DNA of 64,000 nucleotides, taken from NCBI GenBank assembly GCA_963924565.1, contig OZ004613.1:25234001-25298000 (forward strand), read 5' to 3'. The position numbers and the translations under genes were made by a program. Within the stretch, counting starts at the first letter, position 1, and the number at the start of each line of letters is the position of its first letter. Positions 13,927 through 27,200 of this stretch are shown in pieces. The notes under the pieces are model-generated. The model searched no databases, had not been told where the DNA came from, and was given only the letters and a program-made list of their open reading frames with translations. The DNA comes from Ascidiella aspersa (lineage: Eukaryota).

Positions 13927-14420
13927 GGACTTCTATATAATACCACCGTATGAAGACAAACGAAATAATAAGTCAGTATATGTACGTAGGAATAAGACTT
14001 AAAACCGTCAGAACAGTTTCGATTACTCAATCTACGATCGTTTGGAACATATTGGAATAAATCCCAAACTCATCGGAATAAGACCTAAGCGGCCTAAATT
14101 AGCCCTATATTTTTTATGGACACCGGTCTGGCATCGGCCGTTTGGTTGTCGGCATTTCGGCGCGCTATAGTTGAAACGGCGCCGCAGGGGCTCCGCTGTT
14201 TTGGCACCGGGCTTTTGCACCTGTTGGGATTTGGGAGGGTAATTGGTGAGGTCAGAATTTGGGTTACGGTGAAATTATAACGTGATTTGGCGATGAACTT
14301 AGGGGTGTGGATGGGGTTCGCTAAAAGGTCCCAAATGTTCTTATAGCCGTTTAGGTTATATTTGACAGGTTTAGGTCTTATGCCGATTTCGCTGTTATTT
14401 TAACTTCGGTCTTATTGCTA
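13927..14420. repeat. Interspersed repeat with ggaataagac/gtcttattcc internal inverted repeats and a G/T-rich core
   Basis: Similar to ~54545-55061, which ends cggtcttatggctgaagtcc. Boundaries are approximate. Confidence 0.55.
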
Positions 14421-15424
14421 GGGTTTTAAACAACATCTGCAAATTTCTTTAGTTTTTAAAGTTCCTGCGTTAATCCTAATAAAACCTCGCTTTTCATTAC
14501 TAATTCATCTGAAACTATTCATGCCATCTAATGCTAAATTATTATAACGTTATGATCTATTTAGCACCATAAAATGAGTTTAAGATATTTAATAACTGTT
14601 TTCTGCTGTTTATAAATAGAAAGCGCAGTGTTTTGCTGACGCAAAAGGCAAACCTTTTTTCAGCTACACTGCTTTTAAGCAAACTTGGGTAACTGACTTT
14701 TTTTTTGGTTTTGTTTTAGCTAGTTAAACTAGAACAGGCAAACAACAACTAACATAACAAACTTAAACGCATTGCTGACATATCAATAGTATGAATGGAT
14801 TATAGTCGATTGGTTTGTGTCGCTGTACAGAAAAGCACGCTGGTTGTATTGACGCAGGCAATTAAGCGTGGGAAACACATATTGTTCAACTTGACATACA
14901 GTCGCGTTTTCTACAAAAGTGTGCAGTTTACCATAACTTTATTTTAAAGCAATTTGTAGATATAAATAGTTCTTCATAATAAATTACAAAGCGAAAAAAG
15001 TCGATTAGATCGACATCATCCTGATTAAAACGTTTTGATACGAGCTTTATCCTCTTCAGTAAATGTTGCATTTATTATCAAGCTACATATTATAGATCCG
15101 TGCATAGTGTCCCTTGTAGAAGTATATGACCATATTTTTCATTCACACCGCTGGCAAAAAGCCAAAAGAGACGTACAAATAAATAAGTAATTTAACTTAT
15201 AAAACTGTAAAACATAATACACATAAAATTGCAGATAGGCGCAAAACTGTGCATTGACAATTTGTTAAAATTTTAATTATTGGGCCTCACCAATAAATTA
15301 CTTTATCGACTAAATGAAACACACCGCATTAGTTGCGTTTCCTTCTTTTACAAATGCGACCACGGAGTTCTTTCAGTCACTCGCTGATTCGCTTGGCTTA
15401 CGTTCTTTCATGAAATACGTATCG

Positions 15425-18400
15425 TCAGCTCATCTCTGCTGATTGCTCGGCCTCCCCTGCTATGTAATTAAGGAAGATCTGGTTCTTCATCAAGTTCACG
15501 CCGAGGCCGAAGTGCGTTCCGTCGAAGCTGTGCACGTGATGTGAGAGCTGTCTGAAGTCGAACAGCGGGATTTCGTGCTGGCGGCAGTATTTGCTCATTT
15601 TCGACGAAAACGAATCGACTGCGGCCTTGCTTTGCGTTATGAGAAAATGACTTGGTTTCATGAAAGACGGATTCAGCGGATTGACGAAGAATATTCGCGG
15701 CCATCTTTCAGAGGTCGGCAGCCCACTGTCTTTGTAGAAAACCTCAATTGCTTTTACGGCTGGGTTCAAGTAGTTTCCGATTACCGTTTCCGCATCAAGC
15801 TCAAAATGCAATCCCACCCCAACCACGATTAGCGACCCGCGTTTGCCCAGAAGTTTCAAGACGTGGTCAATAAAGAGCCTACTGCGATTATCGTTGTGGT
15901 AAACGAGCATATCGATCCTAAAGTTAGGTTTGGTTCCCCCGCAGAGCTTTTCTTGGAAAAAGAGTTGATCCAATCTTGTCACAATTCTTCTACATGGGCG
16001 CCAGCAGAAGAGCTCGTTGGAAACACAGATTTGCTTCTCTTCCTCGGTCATTGATTTTCCCCACGCTCCCCGCACGGGGTCGCCAGTGAGCAGTATAGTG
16101 AGCGTCATAAACATGTTTCGCATCAGGGAATCCCCCACGAAGTAGATGTCGTCGTAGGGAGATTCCCGTATGACGTCACATGCTTGGGTGCTGCTGTAGT
16201 TGGTCCACTTGCATCGCGCGTCCTCGGTTTCCCATCGAGAAATCTCGGCGTATTTGTACTTGGTCATATCGAGGCAGCTGTCAATTTAATAAAAATATCT
16301 ATATTTATTTGCACAACTTGAAGAAACTTATAATAAGATTGTTTGCTCTTGACAGGGAGTCGTGAATTAGAGCTGAAAAATTCCACAGTTTTCCATGTTT
16401 GTTTCTTCAGGTAAATGTTAGGCATTTAATTTACATTGAACAAATATATTTACTTTAACATCCATGGGCCGGCAATAGTTTTCAATCGTAGTGCTAATTG
16501 CAGTCAACATATTCGTAGTATTTCTTTCCATCCGGCATAAACCTTACGCAATACAATAAAGAGTGTTTTGTTTCAAGCACACGGATAACTTCAAAGTGTT
16601 TGCAGACCTGCATTTTTCGTTTTATTGTCTGCTTTGCTATGTCTATAATTACTTTACAGTTTTGTTTGAAATTCTCGTTGTCTTGGTCTTTTTTTTTTGC
16701 TTTTTGCTAACGTGGATTAATATTTATTAAAAGATATTTTCTAGTAAAAAAGATGCAGCCATACAGTTAAAACACATGGGTGCTTTCAAAAGGCAACTCT
16801 CAACAAGGACATACACCACCATCGCTCAACCAACTGAGCTACCGAGCACAAGTTTTTAAATCTCTAAAAAACGTTAATTTATCGCAAAAACGCCCTGGAT
16901 TATTCAGGCTTACTTTCATCACTGCCCCAAACAATGAATTTAATGCAGCTAAAAAAATAATATTTATATATTATATTAGAATCACAATTAATGGACAACT
17001 AAAAAACATGCCAACTAAGAAATGTGATCAAACTAAACTATCAGTTCTGCACGATTTTCAGTAAATTGCCAATCACTAATTTTGCGCATTTTTTGAATAA
17101 GCGCCTGCACAAAAACACTCTAAATTTTTTTGTGTGTGATTGCCTACCCTTCGCATTCACAAGTGTCGTTCGATGGAAAACTGCAGACTCCGTCATTGGT
17201 ATTACTGCAACAAGGTTTCTTTCCGTGTGGATCGCACCAACTTGCGAGAGACAGCCAGTTGACTGGCGCAATCGTCGGTTGAATACTAAAAATCAAATCA
17301 AAGCAGTATAAAACAAACATTTAACTGCGTTGATAAAATTTAAACTAACAATACATTATACACAATGTTATATACATTGTGATCTAGGCCAGTGGTTCTC
17401 AACCGCATCAACTTCCTGCCGGTCCGCCAAATATATTACAATTTTACATCTTAGTTGCAAAATGCCAGATGTTAAAAGCTTGTCAATTAAATGTAGAACT
17501 TCGCCAGTTCCGTAATTTGCTGCGTTGTGACGCAACATAGAGTTGTGCTCTACTTTGGACTTTATTGTTCGTCACAATGGCGCAAGTGTTGTAGTAAGCT
17601 ACAACTCGAAAACTTCAATGAACCACGTAAAACACGTATGATATCAAAAAGACAGCAGCAAATTGCTTATTAAATTGACGTCACCATTCTTTGCTTTTAA
17701 GTTGCATATACTTTTGTCGTAATTACATTTTGGGTTGATTTTGATTTTTGAAGGTCCACCGGTCCGCAAAACTTGTTTTGAAATTTTACCGGTCCGTAAT
17801 CTAAAAAGGTTGAGAACCACTGATCTAGGCATTGTAATCTAGCCCAGTGCTCTTCAACCCTTTTTGGTTTGGTGAACCCTTAAAGTTGTTGTGACGAATT
17901 CATGCACCTTGTCTACTTAAAACGTAAATTGCGGTAAAAAACGATATGAAAAAGCAATATGCAATCAAATCATTATGTAAATCAAACCTAGCGAAGCTAC
18001 CGAAGTTTTGAACACTGTAGGTAAGAGTTCGACTATGACTGCAGGCTGCTTGCAAGTACTATTTATGTCATAAAACAGCATTCAAGCTTTGCACAAAAAA
18101 CAGGAATACAATTGATACCGCGACAGTTCAAAACGGGTGTGCCGCGTATTGATACCGCCACGGCAAACGGGTGTGCCGCGAGACCATGTCAGGTGTGCCG
18201 TGACGTATTAGTAGGTGTGTTACTTGTTTTTCTTGAGGCATTTTGGCCTTGTTATTCATTTAGGGTGTTTCGCTGTAGGAAGTTTCAGTAATTTTTTAAG
18301 ATTTTGTAATATTACGTTCAATGTCAAACATTTCGAAATAGTTTTGACTGTCTCAACTAACAGGAGTATAAATCTACAGCAGTTGTTTTAAAACTTTAAA

Positions 18401-20492
18401 CCAAAGTGGAAGGGGAGATTATCCGTACGCTCAAACCCCCTTCAAATGTCATTGTGAAAAGTATCATTGACTTTTCGTAATTGTATAGATTAATTTTGGC
18501 TGCTGTTCCGAAAAACAAAATATTGATCAAACGTGCGAATTTACCAATAAATGTCACCAATGTTCACTGATGCGCTATTGCAAGGGGGTGCAATTTACTT
18601 GGGTTAAAATATTTTAGGAAACGATGAGAAGATAAAGGAGGCCGCCTTCGCCGCGTTTATTCAAAATTCGCCTCCTTTTTTTCTATGCTGCGTTGGATAT
18701 TTGCCCTATTATTTATTGTCTACTGTCGATCTACATATATTTTGTAGGTGTGTGGTCATCGGTTTTAACTCTGGTTTGCGGAACACTGATTTAAACTACC
18801 AGTAACAGTACACCGAATGCCGCCAAAAATCTATATTCGGCCTAATATGCTTGATTGGTCGCCAATTTCTGTGAGCTTTGGGAATCTGGAGTACTACTGC
18901 AATACTATAGTCATGTCTAAGTGGAAAATGACAGTATTTTTATAATGCATGGTATATTGCTGATACAGGCGATGTTCGTCCATCTAATAGAATTGTGTTG
19001 GCGAACAGGATACATCAGGCCACAACCAGATAATTCTATTTTCTAATTTAATGAATTAGGGCAAAATGCATTAAATCTAATTCTAATCTAATTTGTGATA
19101 TGCTTGTGTGAATCTATTTATAAGAAAATTCGGATTTTACCAAAAATTCTACTTTGTCCCGCGGCATTTTTAGTCTTTCAGTTATTTAAAGAATTTCAAT
19201 TAATTCTTTCGATTGGGACGACTTGTAAGTAATATTTATAGCCTGAAAAGCATAAAAAGTCATAAAACTTAGCACACACATATTTACCATTCACGTCCAT
19301 TTATTAAATTGAATGTGAATAATTTAATGTAATTCTTGACAAATTCTAGTTGAAATTTGATTTTTTAGGAATTCGGTCGTTTTAAGTCTAATCAAATTTG
19401 AGAAAACTCAAAACGATTTAATTCTAATTCTAATCTAGTTTGGAAAACCTAAAAGCTCTAGTTTTAATTCTAGTCTAATGTCAAAAAGCTAAAATGAATC
19501 CAGTTGTCCAAGTCTGCATCAGGCAACGGTGCGATTGAAGTTTTCCGACCAGCTTCAATGAGCCGTCTTTGGTCGATCGAAAGAGCGACTGTCGTCGTAA
19601 GGCCGAGGTTGTGGATTCGAACCACAGCGCGGGCGTTTGTCTCGCGTGCACAGTAATCCTGGTTGGTTCGAGTGATTTAAGTGAGCATTTTTTGAGCTAT
19701 TCTAGGTACTAATTTAAAACAAGAACATAACAAAGATTTAAGCAAAATAGGATGTAAAATAAATTTCGCAATCATCCCTCGTCCACAGTTCACACTGCCT
19801 TGAAAGCATCAAGTTCTGCACTTTATTTGAATTTAACATATCAGGGGTGTTAAGTTTGTGGGCACTCTACCAGTACCAAACTAAAACTTTTGTGCACACT
19901 TATTTAATTCCCTCTGAGTCCAACCCTTGAGTTATTGAAAGGCAACAAAGTTCCGAAACAAAAAGTATATACCGCAACAAAATTCGTGATTCAAATCATA
20001 GTTGCTAACTTTACAGCGCTGAGCAATAACACTAGGGAAAAAAAGAAAACTTTTTTTAGCTTACACAGTTTTGCCTAACGCTAGCGAATACTATACAAGC
20101 CACAAAACGCGTCAATTTGCGCTTCATTCTATTGGGTCGTCACCTTGACTTTAGGATACCTACTGCAGATAACCACACTTCCCATCGTTGCGCCACACCT
20201 GATCGATCATCAATCTTTCCCTCCTGCATCTGCTATAGACCGCGTCGAGGTAACTCTCATTGGCAGTCGAATCCCTTTTCCACCGACCACGAGTCAGATT
20301 TTGAAGAAGACTGTCGCAAGTCGCAGCTCGCGACCTTGACGCGTAGACGTGTCTGATTCCCGGCTCGTCAATTTTGAACTTTATACTGAGGCTGCCGAGT
20401 TTAGCAAGATGTGGCAGTTTTTCATGTGAGTAAATCCATGTGATGTAAAGGCAGGCAAACAAAATTGACAAAAATAATTTAAAGTACTTCAT
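15425..20492 (-). CDS. SGNH/PC-esterase-like protein, copy C (439 aa)
   Basis: Exons 20492-20164, 17285-17148 and 16277-15425 have the same sizes as B (329/138/853). Splice sites are canonical and the motifs are intact. Confidence 0.9.
17390..17822. mobile_element. hAT MITE
   Basis: Perfect 15-bp TIR cagtggttctcaacc and perfect TSD atctaggc. Same family as 33830-34286 (opposite orientation). Confidence 0.92.
19562..19720 (+). mobile_element. tRNA-derived SINE relic in intron 1 of copy C
   Basis: gccgtctttggtcgatcgaaagagcgactgtc...gattcgaacc contains a B-box-like motif. It occupies the same intron position as the copies in A and B. Confidence 0.55.
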
Positions 20493-21341
20493 TGTTTGTT
20501 TGTTAACATCGATTCGTTTATTCCAAGATCAAGTCTTTAGGGGACATTCCGTGAAGGAAACATATAACGCAAACCATATATATTTGCACTTTGAACAAAC
20601 ACTCTATATTTTTACTGCATCTGGAAGACATGAGTTGTAAAAAACGGTACAATATAAATGGGTGTTTACATCGGAACCTTGACATAGCAAAACAGGTACT
20701 TTTATCATTAGGCTCGTTGCAATTTTCCAATGGCATCGCACAAGGTTTTCGTATCGTGTCTTAACCTAACAATAATAATTAATTAAATTAATTGTTATAG
20801 TTTAAAATGTGCTTTATAACTCATTATTACGAAACAATAACAATTATTTATGACATAACAATGACATTCGTCAACTCTGATTCACTTTACAATGAGACAA
20901 ATAAAGGCTACAGCAGTCATCATATAAATGCTATGTAAAACCATGTTGAAACACAAATTCTAAGACCGAGAAAGATGGACCAAAACAGTGCGCAATAATA
21001 ATGTCAATTACCTCAATTTACGGTTTACAGTTCTCTGATAAATTGGCAAAGCGAAACATCAGTGTGTCATATATAGAAGAGCACTGCCAATTGTCATGAT
21101 AGCATGTTGACTATTAACCTTCAGTATCATCTACATCCGCCATTCCTAAATAAACTCTGAGAGTATTTTGCTTAAAAACTAAAACTGTTTCACAAACAAA
21201 AGTCTACCATTTCGAAATTGACTCAACTCCCATAGGCTTTCTTACCATCTTACAAAGTTACGAAACAAAGCGTAAAATAGCTTACAGTATGCCGAGTAAC
21301 TTCTACTGCCTGCTGCGGTTAATCTTAGCAAGATGCTAGAA

Positions 21342-21663
21342 CAGTGGTTCTCCACCTTTTGTGGCTTGCAGCACCCCTCAAAAATAATCAATGGCTTGCA
21401 GCACCCCTCAAAAATAAATCGATTTTCGTTCGTTGAGTATTTTACTAAACTGTCACTATAAATGAAATTGGAACACCACACGCAACTTAAAACAGGCAGG
21501 AAAGTGTCATTTGATATAATGGTCTCTAATCGTACACAAATAGCTGTGTCACAAAGCTTACCTATTGAGCAAAAATCAAATTCTTAAAATTTCTTAAATA
21601 CCTATTACACCCTTGAGCATTGGACACATCAAGCCGCCGCGGCACCCCGGTTGCGAACCACTG
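21342..21663. mobile_element. hAT MITE
   Basis: Termini cagtggttctccacc...ggttgcgaaccactg, TSD tgctagaa/tgctaaaa, and an internal 30-bp tandem duplication. Confidence 0.85.
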
Positions 21664-22239
21664 TGCTAAAAGAGGAAGCTCTAAAACATGTTGCGGGTGG
21701 TAACGTTATCTGTCTAATGTGCAGTCGCATTATATGCCATTCGCCACCACATTTTATGTGAAGCAGAATTTTCAGCGATTGCCACCAATAATACTAAATA
21801 CTTACATATCGATCACGGATAAACGTCCAACGAAAAATGCGGGTGGCTGTTTTACAGATCGTCCCGAGATTCACTGAACTTAAGTGAAGCCACTCGTCAC
21901 ACTAGATTTCGATGGTGGTAGCCATCAATATAACTTTACTTTGATTGTGCATTTCTGTTGCTTAGGATTAGTTATTTCAGAATGGCAACCATCAGCTAAA
22001 TTTCGTGCTCTGTTTTTTGTATATATAATGTATGTGGACTTGCATTTTGCTTGCTTTCTCTTGTGTTTAATAAAAAAATAGCTGAAATACCTCTCGCTGA
22101 GGCGCGTTGCTAGTCAATGCAAAGGCGCCTCAAAAAAAGCTTGGAAGCATTGCATTTGTCTGTACTGTGCTGGGTAAAGTATTTGAATTGTTTATGTCTT
22201 CAAAACAAGTCTTTCTGGGTTTGGTGCATTACGCTAGAA

Positions 22240-22531
22240 CAGTGGTTCTCAACCTTTTATGGTTTGCGGCACCCCTAAGAAATAATAAATAGATTGCGGC
22301 ACCCCTACAATAGGTACTTCACTAGAATGTCACAATAAACGAAACTGGAAAAATAAACATCAACTCTGTACAACGTATAACGTTTTAATTGGATTTATTC
22401 CACTCTACTAATCTTGCACAAAAAGTTGTAGTAGTTGAGCAAAAATCAGATTCTTAATGATTCTCCAATATCTCTCGGCACCCTTGAGCATTACAAATGG
22501 TACCCAAGGGTGCCGCGGTTGAGAACCACTG
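22240..22531. mobile_element. hAT MITE (same family as 21342-21663)
   Basis: TIR cagtggttctcaacc, TSD cgctagaa/cgctaaag, gcggcaccc repeats. Confidence 0.85.
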
Positions 22532-24221
22532 CGCTAAAGCATAAAAGAATAGCTCCGTGATTTGTCCAGACTCCTTATAGATATAGATCAAATCGAACCT
22601 AACAACGGCTACAATAGCCCTAGGCGCCGAGAGTTTGATCTATATCTCATCTATATGCCGGTTTTAATTGAACAAACGGATCGACTGCTAATCGAATCGA
22701 CGATTTCACATTGTTTAACAGTTTACGCGATCTTTAAGATTCAGGAGCGACAACAGTTAAAATGTATTAAATCTTTCTTTATATTCTGTTCGTCATATTA
22801 AGGCACAATCTGGACCTGGCGAACACCATGAGATCAATATTATGTGATTTATGCATACCCTTGCTTAAGAAAAGGATCGAGCGTCTTGATTGGTTTCAAG
22901 CTTGACAAACCTGTCCTGACCCTTGGGTCCCATGTCCAAATAACAGCTTCTCGAAACGTCTCAGCAATTCTCGTTTAGTTTAGACGTTAAGCCATAGTCG
23001 ATGGTGTACTACGATATTTCTTAACCCATGGGTCGCGACCCAAATCTATGGGTCGCCATTTGTTTGTTTAGGTCGCCGATCGCAGTCATTATAATTTTAT
23101 TTTTTATATAACTTGAATTAATACGCTTTGGTCGCAGCGACTTTTATAGGTAAATTTTACATACTTAATTTTTTTACATACTCTACAGAACATACGCTAT
23201 GGTGAAACGTAGCAATGTTAGCAGATGAATTTTTCCAATCACATTCTAATGACAATAAATTGCGATTTAAACTAAATTGATTGTGAAATAATTAAAAGTA
23301 ATTCTACTCAAATTCTAGCTGATTGTATAATATTCAAAAATTTAAATGTGGAAAACTAAATTGTTCTTTTATTTATCTAATTTGAAACAACTATAATGCC
23401 CTAATTTTAATCTAGTCTAGTTTCAAAAGTTAAAATGAATCTGAAGTCTGCGAACATCGGACTGGAATTAAGGATGCGTTACCGCCGGCAAATGAATTGC
23501 GTGGTTTTGTGCTATCAGCAAAGACATTCTTTTTGCTCGTTAAGGGTGCAGATAAAACTGTCATATTTGTTGTTGTGGTCATTTAACATTGACAAATGTC
23601 TAAAAAAAAGGTATCATGAGACTCATTTGCATTATTAAGGTGTAACTTAAGTGTATTTTTTTCTCATGAACTCATCTGATGCAGAAAACACAGTTCAAAA
23701 ATAAAACTTCACCGCACTATGTATTTATTTGATTTTAATTGCCACTTCTATTGATTTTGGTATCACATTGTATCCCATAAGTTAAATGAGAGTTAAAAAA
23801 TGGTCATGTTAGTTTTATCGTGTAGATTTTCGTCAAATTATTTAGGCCGGTTGTGTACAGAAATTTAATAGTGTTAACACCCAATTCCAATTACGTTAAG
23901 TTATTCCGAGGTATAGTAGCCTAATTTAGCTGTTACAAAACTATTTTCAGTTTTTAAAATAAAACACGATTTATAATAACTTTTATATCTTATAAGTTAT
24001 TATATCTATATGTTGCATAGATTACCATGGAGTACAAAAGTCAAATTAGTTCGGCTGTTTCTGCTCAGTTGATTTCAAGTCGAGCACTAAACAATAAACA
24101 ATAAAAAATAAGTCCTTGTCCTATTTTTTGCATATACTTGATAGAACAGCGATAACTTTTTGTGCCCAAAACCACATACAAATAATATCGCAGGGAAAAT
24201 AAGCGCTACAAAAAACAAAAG

Positions 24222-27200
24222 TCACTCATCGAGGTAATTAAGCAAGATCTGGTTCTTCATCAAGTTCACGCCGAGGCCGAAGTGCGTTCCGTCGAAGCTG
24301 TGCACGTGATGCGAGAGCTGTCTGAAGTCGAACAGCGGGATTTCGTGCTGGCGACAATATTCGCCCATTTTAGACGAAAATGAAGCGACCGCGGCCTTGC
24401 TTTGCGTGGTGAGATAGACCTTCGCTTTCAGGATTCCAGGGTCCAGTGGAAGAACAAAGAAGATACGCGGCCACCTTTCAGAGGCAGACACGTTCTTGCC
24501 TCTGTAGAAGTCCTCAATTGCCTTTACAGCTGGGTGCACAAAGTCGCCGATCGTGGCGTTCGCGTTGAGATGGAAGTGCAAGCCAATCCCGAGCACAATC
24601 AGTGTGCCATTTTTACCCAGGTGCTCATTGACGTGTTTTAAAAACTTTGCACCGAAAGCTTTGTTGTAGTAGACGAGCATACTGACCGCAAAGCCGGGCC
24701 TCGTACCACCGCAAAGTTTCTCGGGATAGATAAGTTCATCAAGAGTTGTTAAAATGGTCCTGCACCAATCCCAGAAGAAGAACTCCTCCGCAACGCAGAT
24801 TTGCTTCTGTTCCTCCGTCATCCTTTTGCCCCACGCACCCCGCACGGCGTCGCCAGAGAGCAACATGGAAAGCGACATGAACATGTTTCGCATCAGGGAA
24901 TCCCCCACAAAGTAGATATCGTCGTAGGGAGACTCCCGTATGACGTCACAGGCTTGTGTGCTGCTGTAGTTGTTCCACTTGCATCGCGCGTCCTCGGTTT
25001 CCCATCGAGAAATCTCGGCGTACTTGTACTTAGTCATATCGACGCAGCTGGAAAACAAATAATAAAGAAAAACAAACAGTAAAGTCATCCCTGTCCCTTT
25101 GTATAATTTGATGAAACTTGTAATCGGGTTTACCCCAAACAGAGTGACATACTTGTACTTAGTCAAATCAACGCAACTGCGATTGTAACGTTAAAGACGT
25201 TATCGCCTGCTGCTTATATATTAAACAATTTATAATATCTTTGTTTTCACCTGCTGACAGAAATAAAACATTGTTTTAATTTAGCGATATTAAAAGTGTT
25301 ATTGATATAATCAAATTTTGAATGAATAAGGCAGCAGTTCGATAGTTGGATTGACAGATTCGGTGAGTCGGCGATGACTTTTCGGTGTACTAATGATACG
25401 TAAGCCGTAATCGTTGGTCAAAAAGGACTATATCACTATGGTTAACACACATGGATGTGTGCATGTTTCATTCAGTTGGTTAATGAACGAAATAATGCTC
25501 AACCATAAACAGGCTGGCTAAATCTAACGAAAACTTCTAAAAATTTACAACCTTAAAGTAACTTTAGTTAACCATTCACCTAGTTAAGTATAGAAAGGCC
25601 TTGTCCAAGCTAAAACAGCGAAAGTGTAGAAATGAAAGATAATTCACCAAATAAACAAATCAAATATAAATTAATTATAGGCTTAACATGCAACATAATA
25701 TGAATGACGAAATGCCCGACGTTGCCCAGTTTAAATAGAATATTTACTAGTTTAATTCTATCCCGGCGTTGCCCAGATTAAATAGAGTGGTAACCAATTT
25801 AATTTTACTAGTTCCGTTGTTGTGGCGACGTTAATTATTTACAAAAGCGCGATAACTTTCTAAATTTTCTTAGATTTTGCTTTGGCCCACCAAAATGTAG
25901 TAACCCATAATGTAATTAATTACGTTTGTATATTAAGTTGTACTATTGGTGTCATGGAGTTCGACCACCGTATCAATTTAGTACGTGTATTTCGTTGTCG
26001 CACTCTATGAGTTTACTGCCATGCAGCATGCACGCCCTGTACACGCCCAGTACACGCCCTGTACACGCCCAGTACACGCGTTTCTCGCGTTGCTATTTCG
26101 CTAGCGTCCCTAAGGCGCAGTAATTGTTGGTTTACGTTGAAATGGTGATTGCATTGTACGCCCTATATAACCGTGCGTGTTATTCGTTCTTTCCCTCTGC
26201 TTTACTTCTACGTCTATGAACACTATGTATATCTGACAACTTTGGTCTAAAAAAAAGAAAGACAAAAAAATATATATTTCAGCTTCTTCCCTGTGTTATT
26301 AGGTGTAAAATAATGCAGCCTGCAACTCTAATATATTTCCAGTGATGTTGAATCTATTAACTGTTTTATAATTAGTTTGTTTGCAATTCCAGAAAAAAAT
26401 GAAAAAATAAAATAAACCTTAAACGAATACAACAATATGTGCGTGTAAATTTGATAGACTCTGGTTAAAACATGAATGTCGCAATTAACATGAAACCGAA
26501 ACGTAATGTTACGGATTTACGAATGAATGCCGTCTATTAACATTTGTAAACAAAGTACGTAGTCGATAAATTGTTTTTTACTAGTTTCAGTTAAATAGAT
26601 TGACCTAAGCACTTTTTAAACCATACCAAACAACCTATCAATACCGATACGATACAGATAACGATTTTTGTTTGTTGTCTCCTACCCTTGACACTCGCAA
26701 GTGCTGTTAGATGGAAGGCTGCATACTCCGTCGTCCGAATTACTACAGCAAGGTTTTTCTCCGTATGGGTCGCACCAGCTTGGAGCCTCCGGCATCCGAC
26801 TATCTTCTATCTTGGCTTGAGGACTGTCAGGTAAAACACCGCTTATGGAAAATGCAACGTACAGTTATACATCTTTGGAGCATAATGGTTGGAGGTTGTA
26901 GTAAGACGTAATAAGAATACCAAAGCCCATACACAAGTTGGTAATATTTCGAACGTTTCGAATAACTTTCTAAAGGAGAAATACCTACTTCAGTATGGGC
27001 TTTGATATTCTTAATGGTTTTAAAGCAGGTTAGAAGCTTTAGTGAAAGCATAAATTGCAAGTTATTAAGGAACTGTTTTGAACCGTTCATACGTTATGTA
27101 AAACTAGTGCTTTCCAAACTGGGTCTGTGTATAATAGTTTTAAAGGGTCTGTACAAGACATGCGAGACTGATAAATTGTATTATCCGGCGGTTACACTTC

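Noticed and set aside
26029-26080. Short repeat arrays as CRISPR-like structures
   Set aside because: They are direct tandem units without unique spacers in a eukaryotic context with no cas genes.
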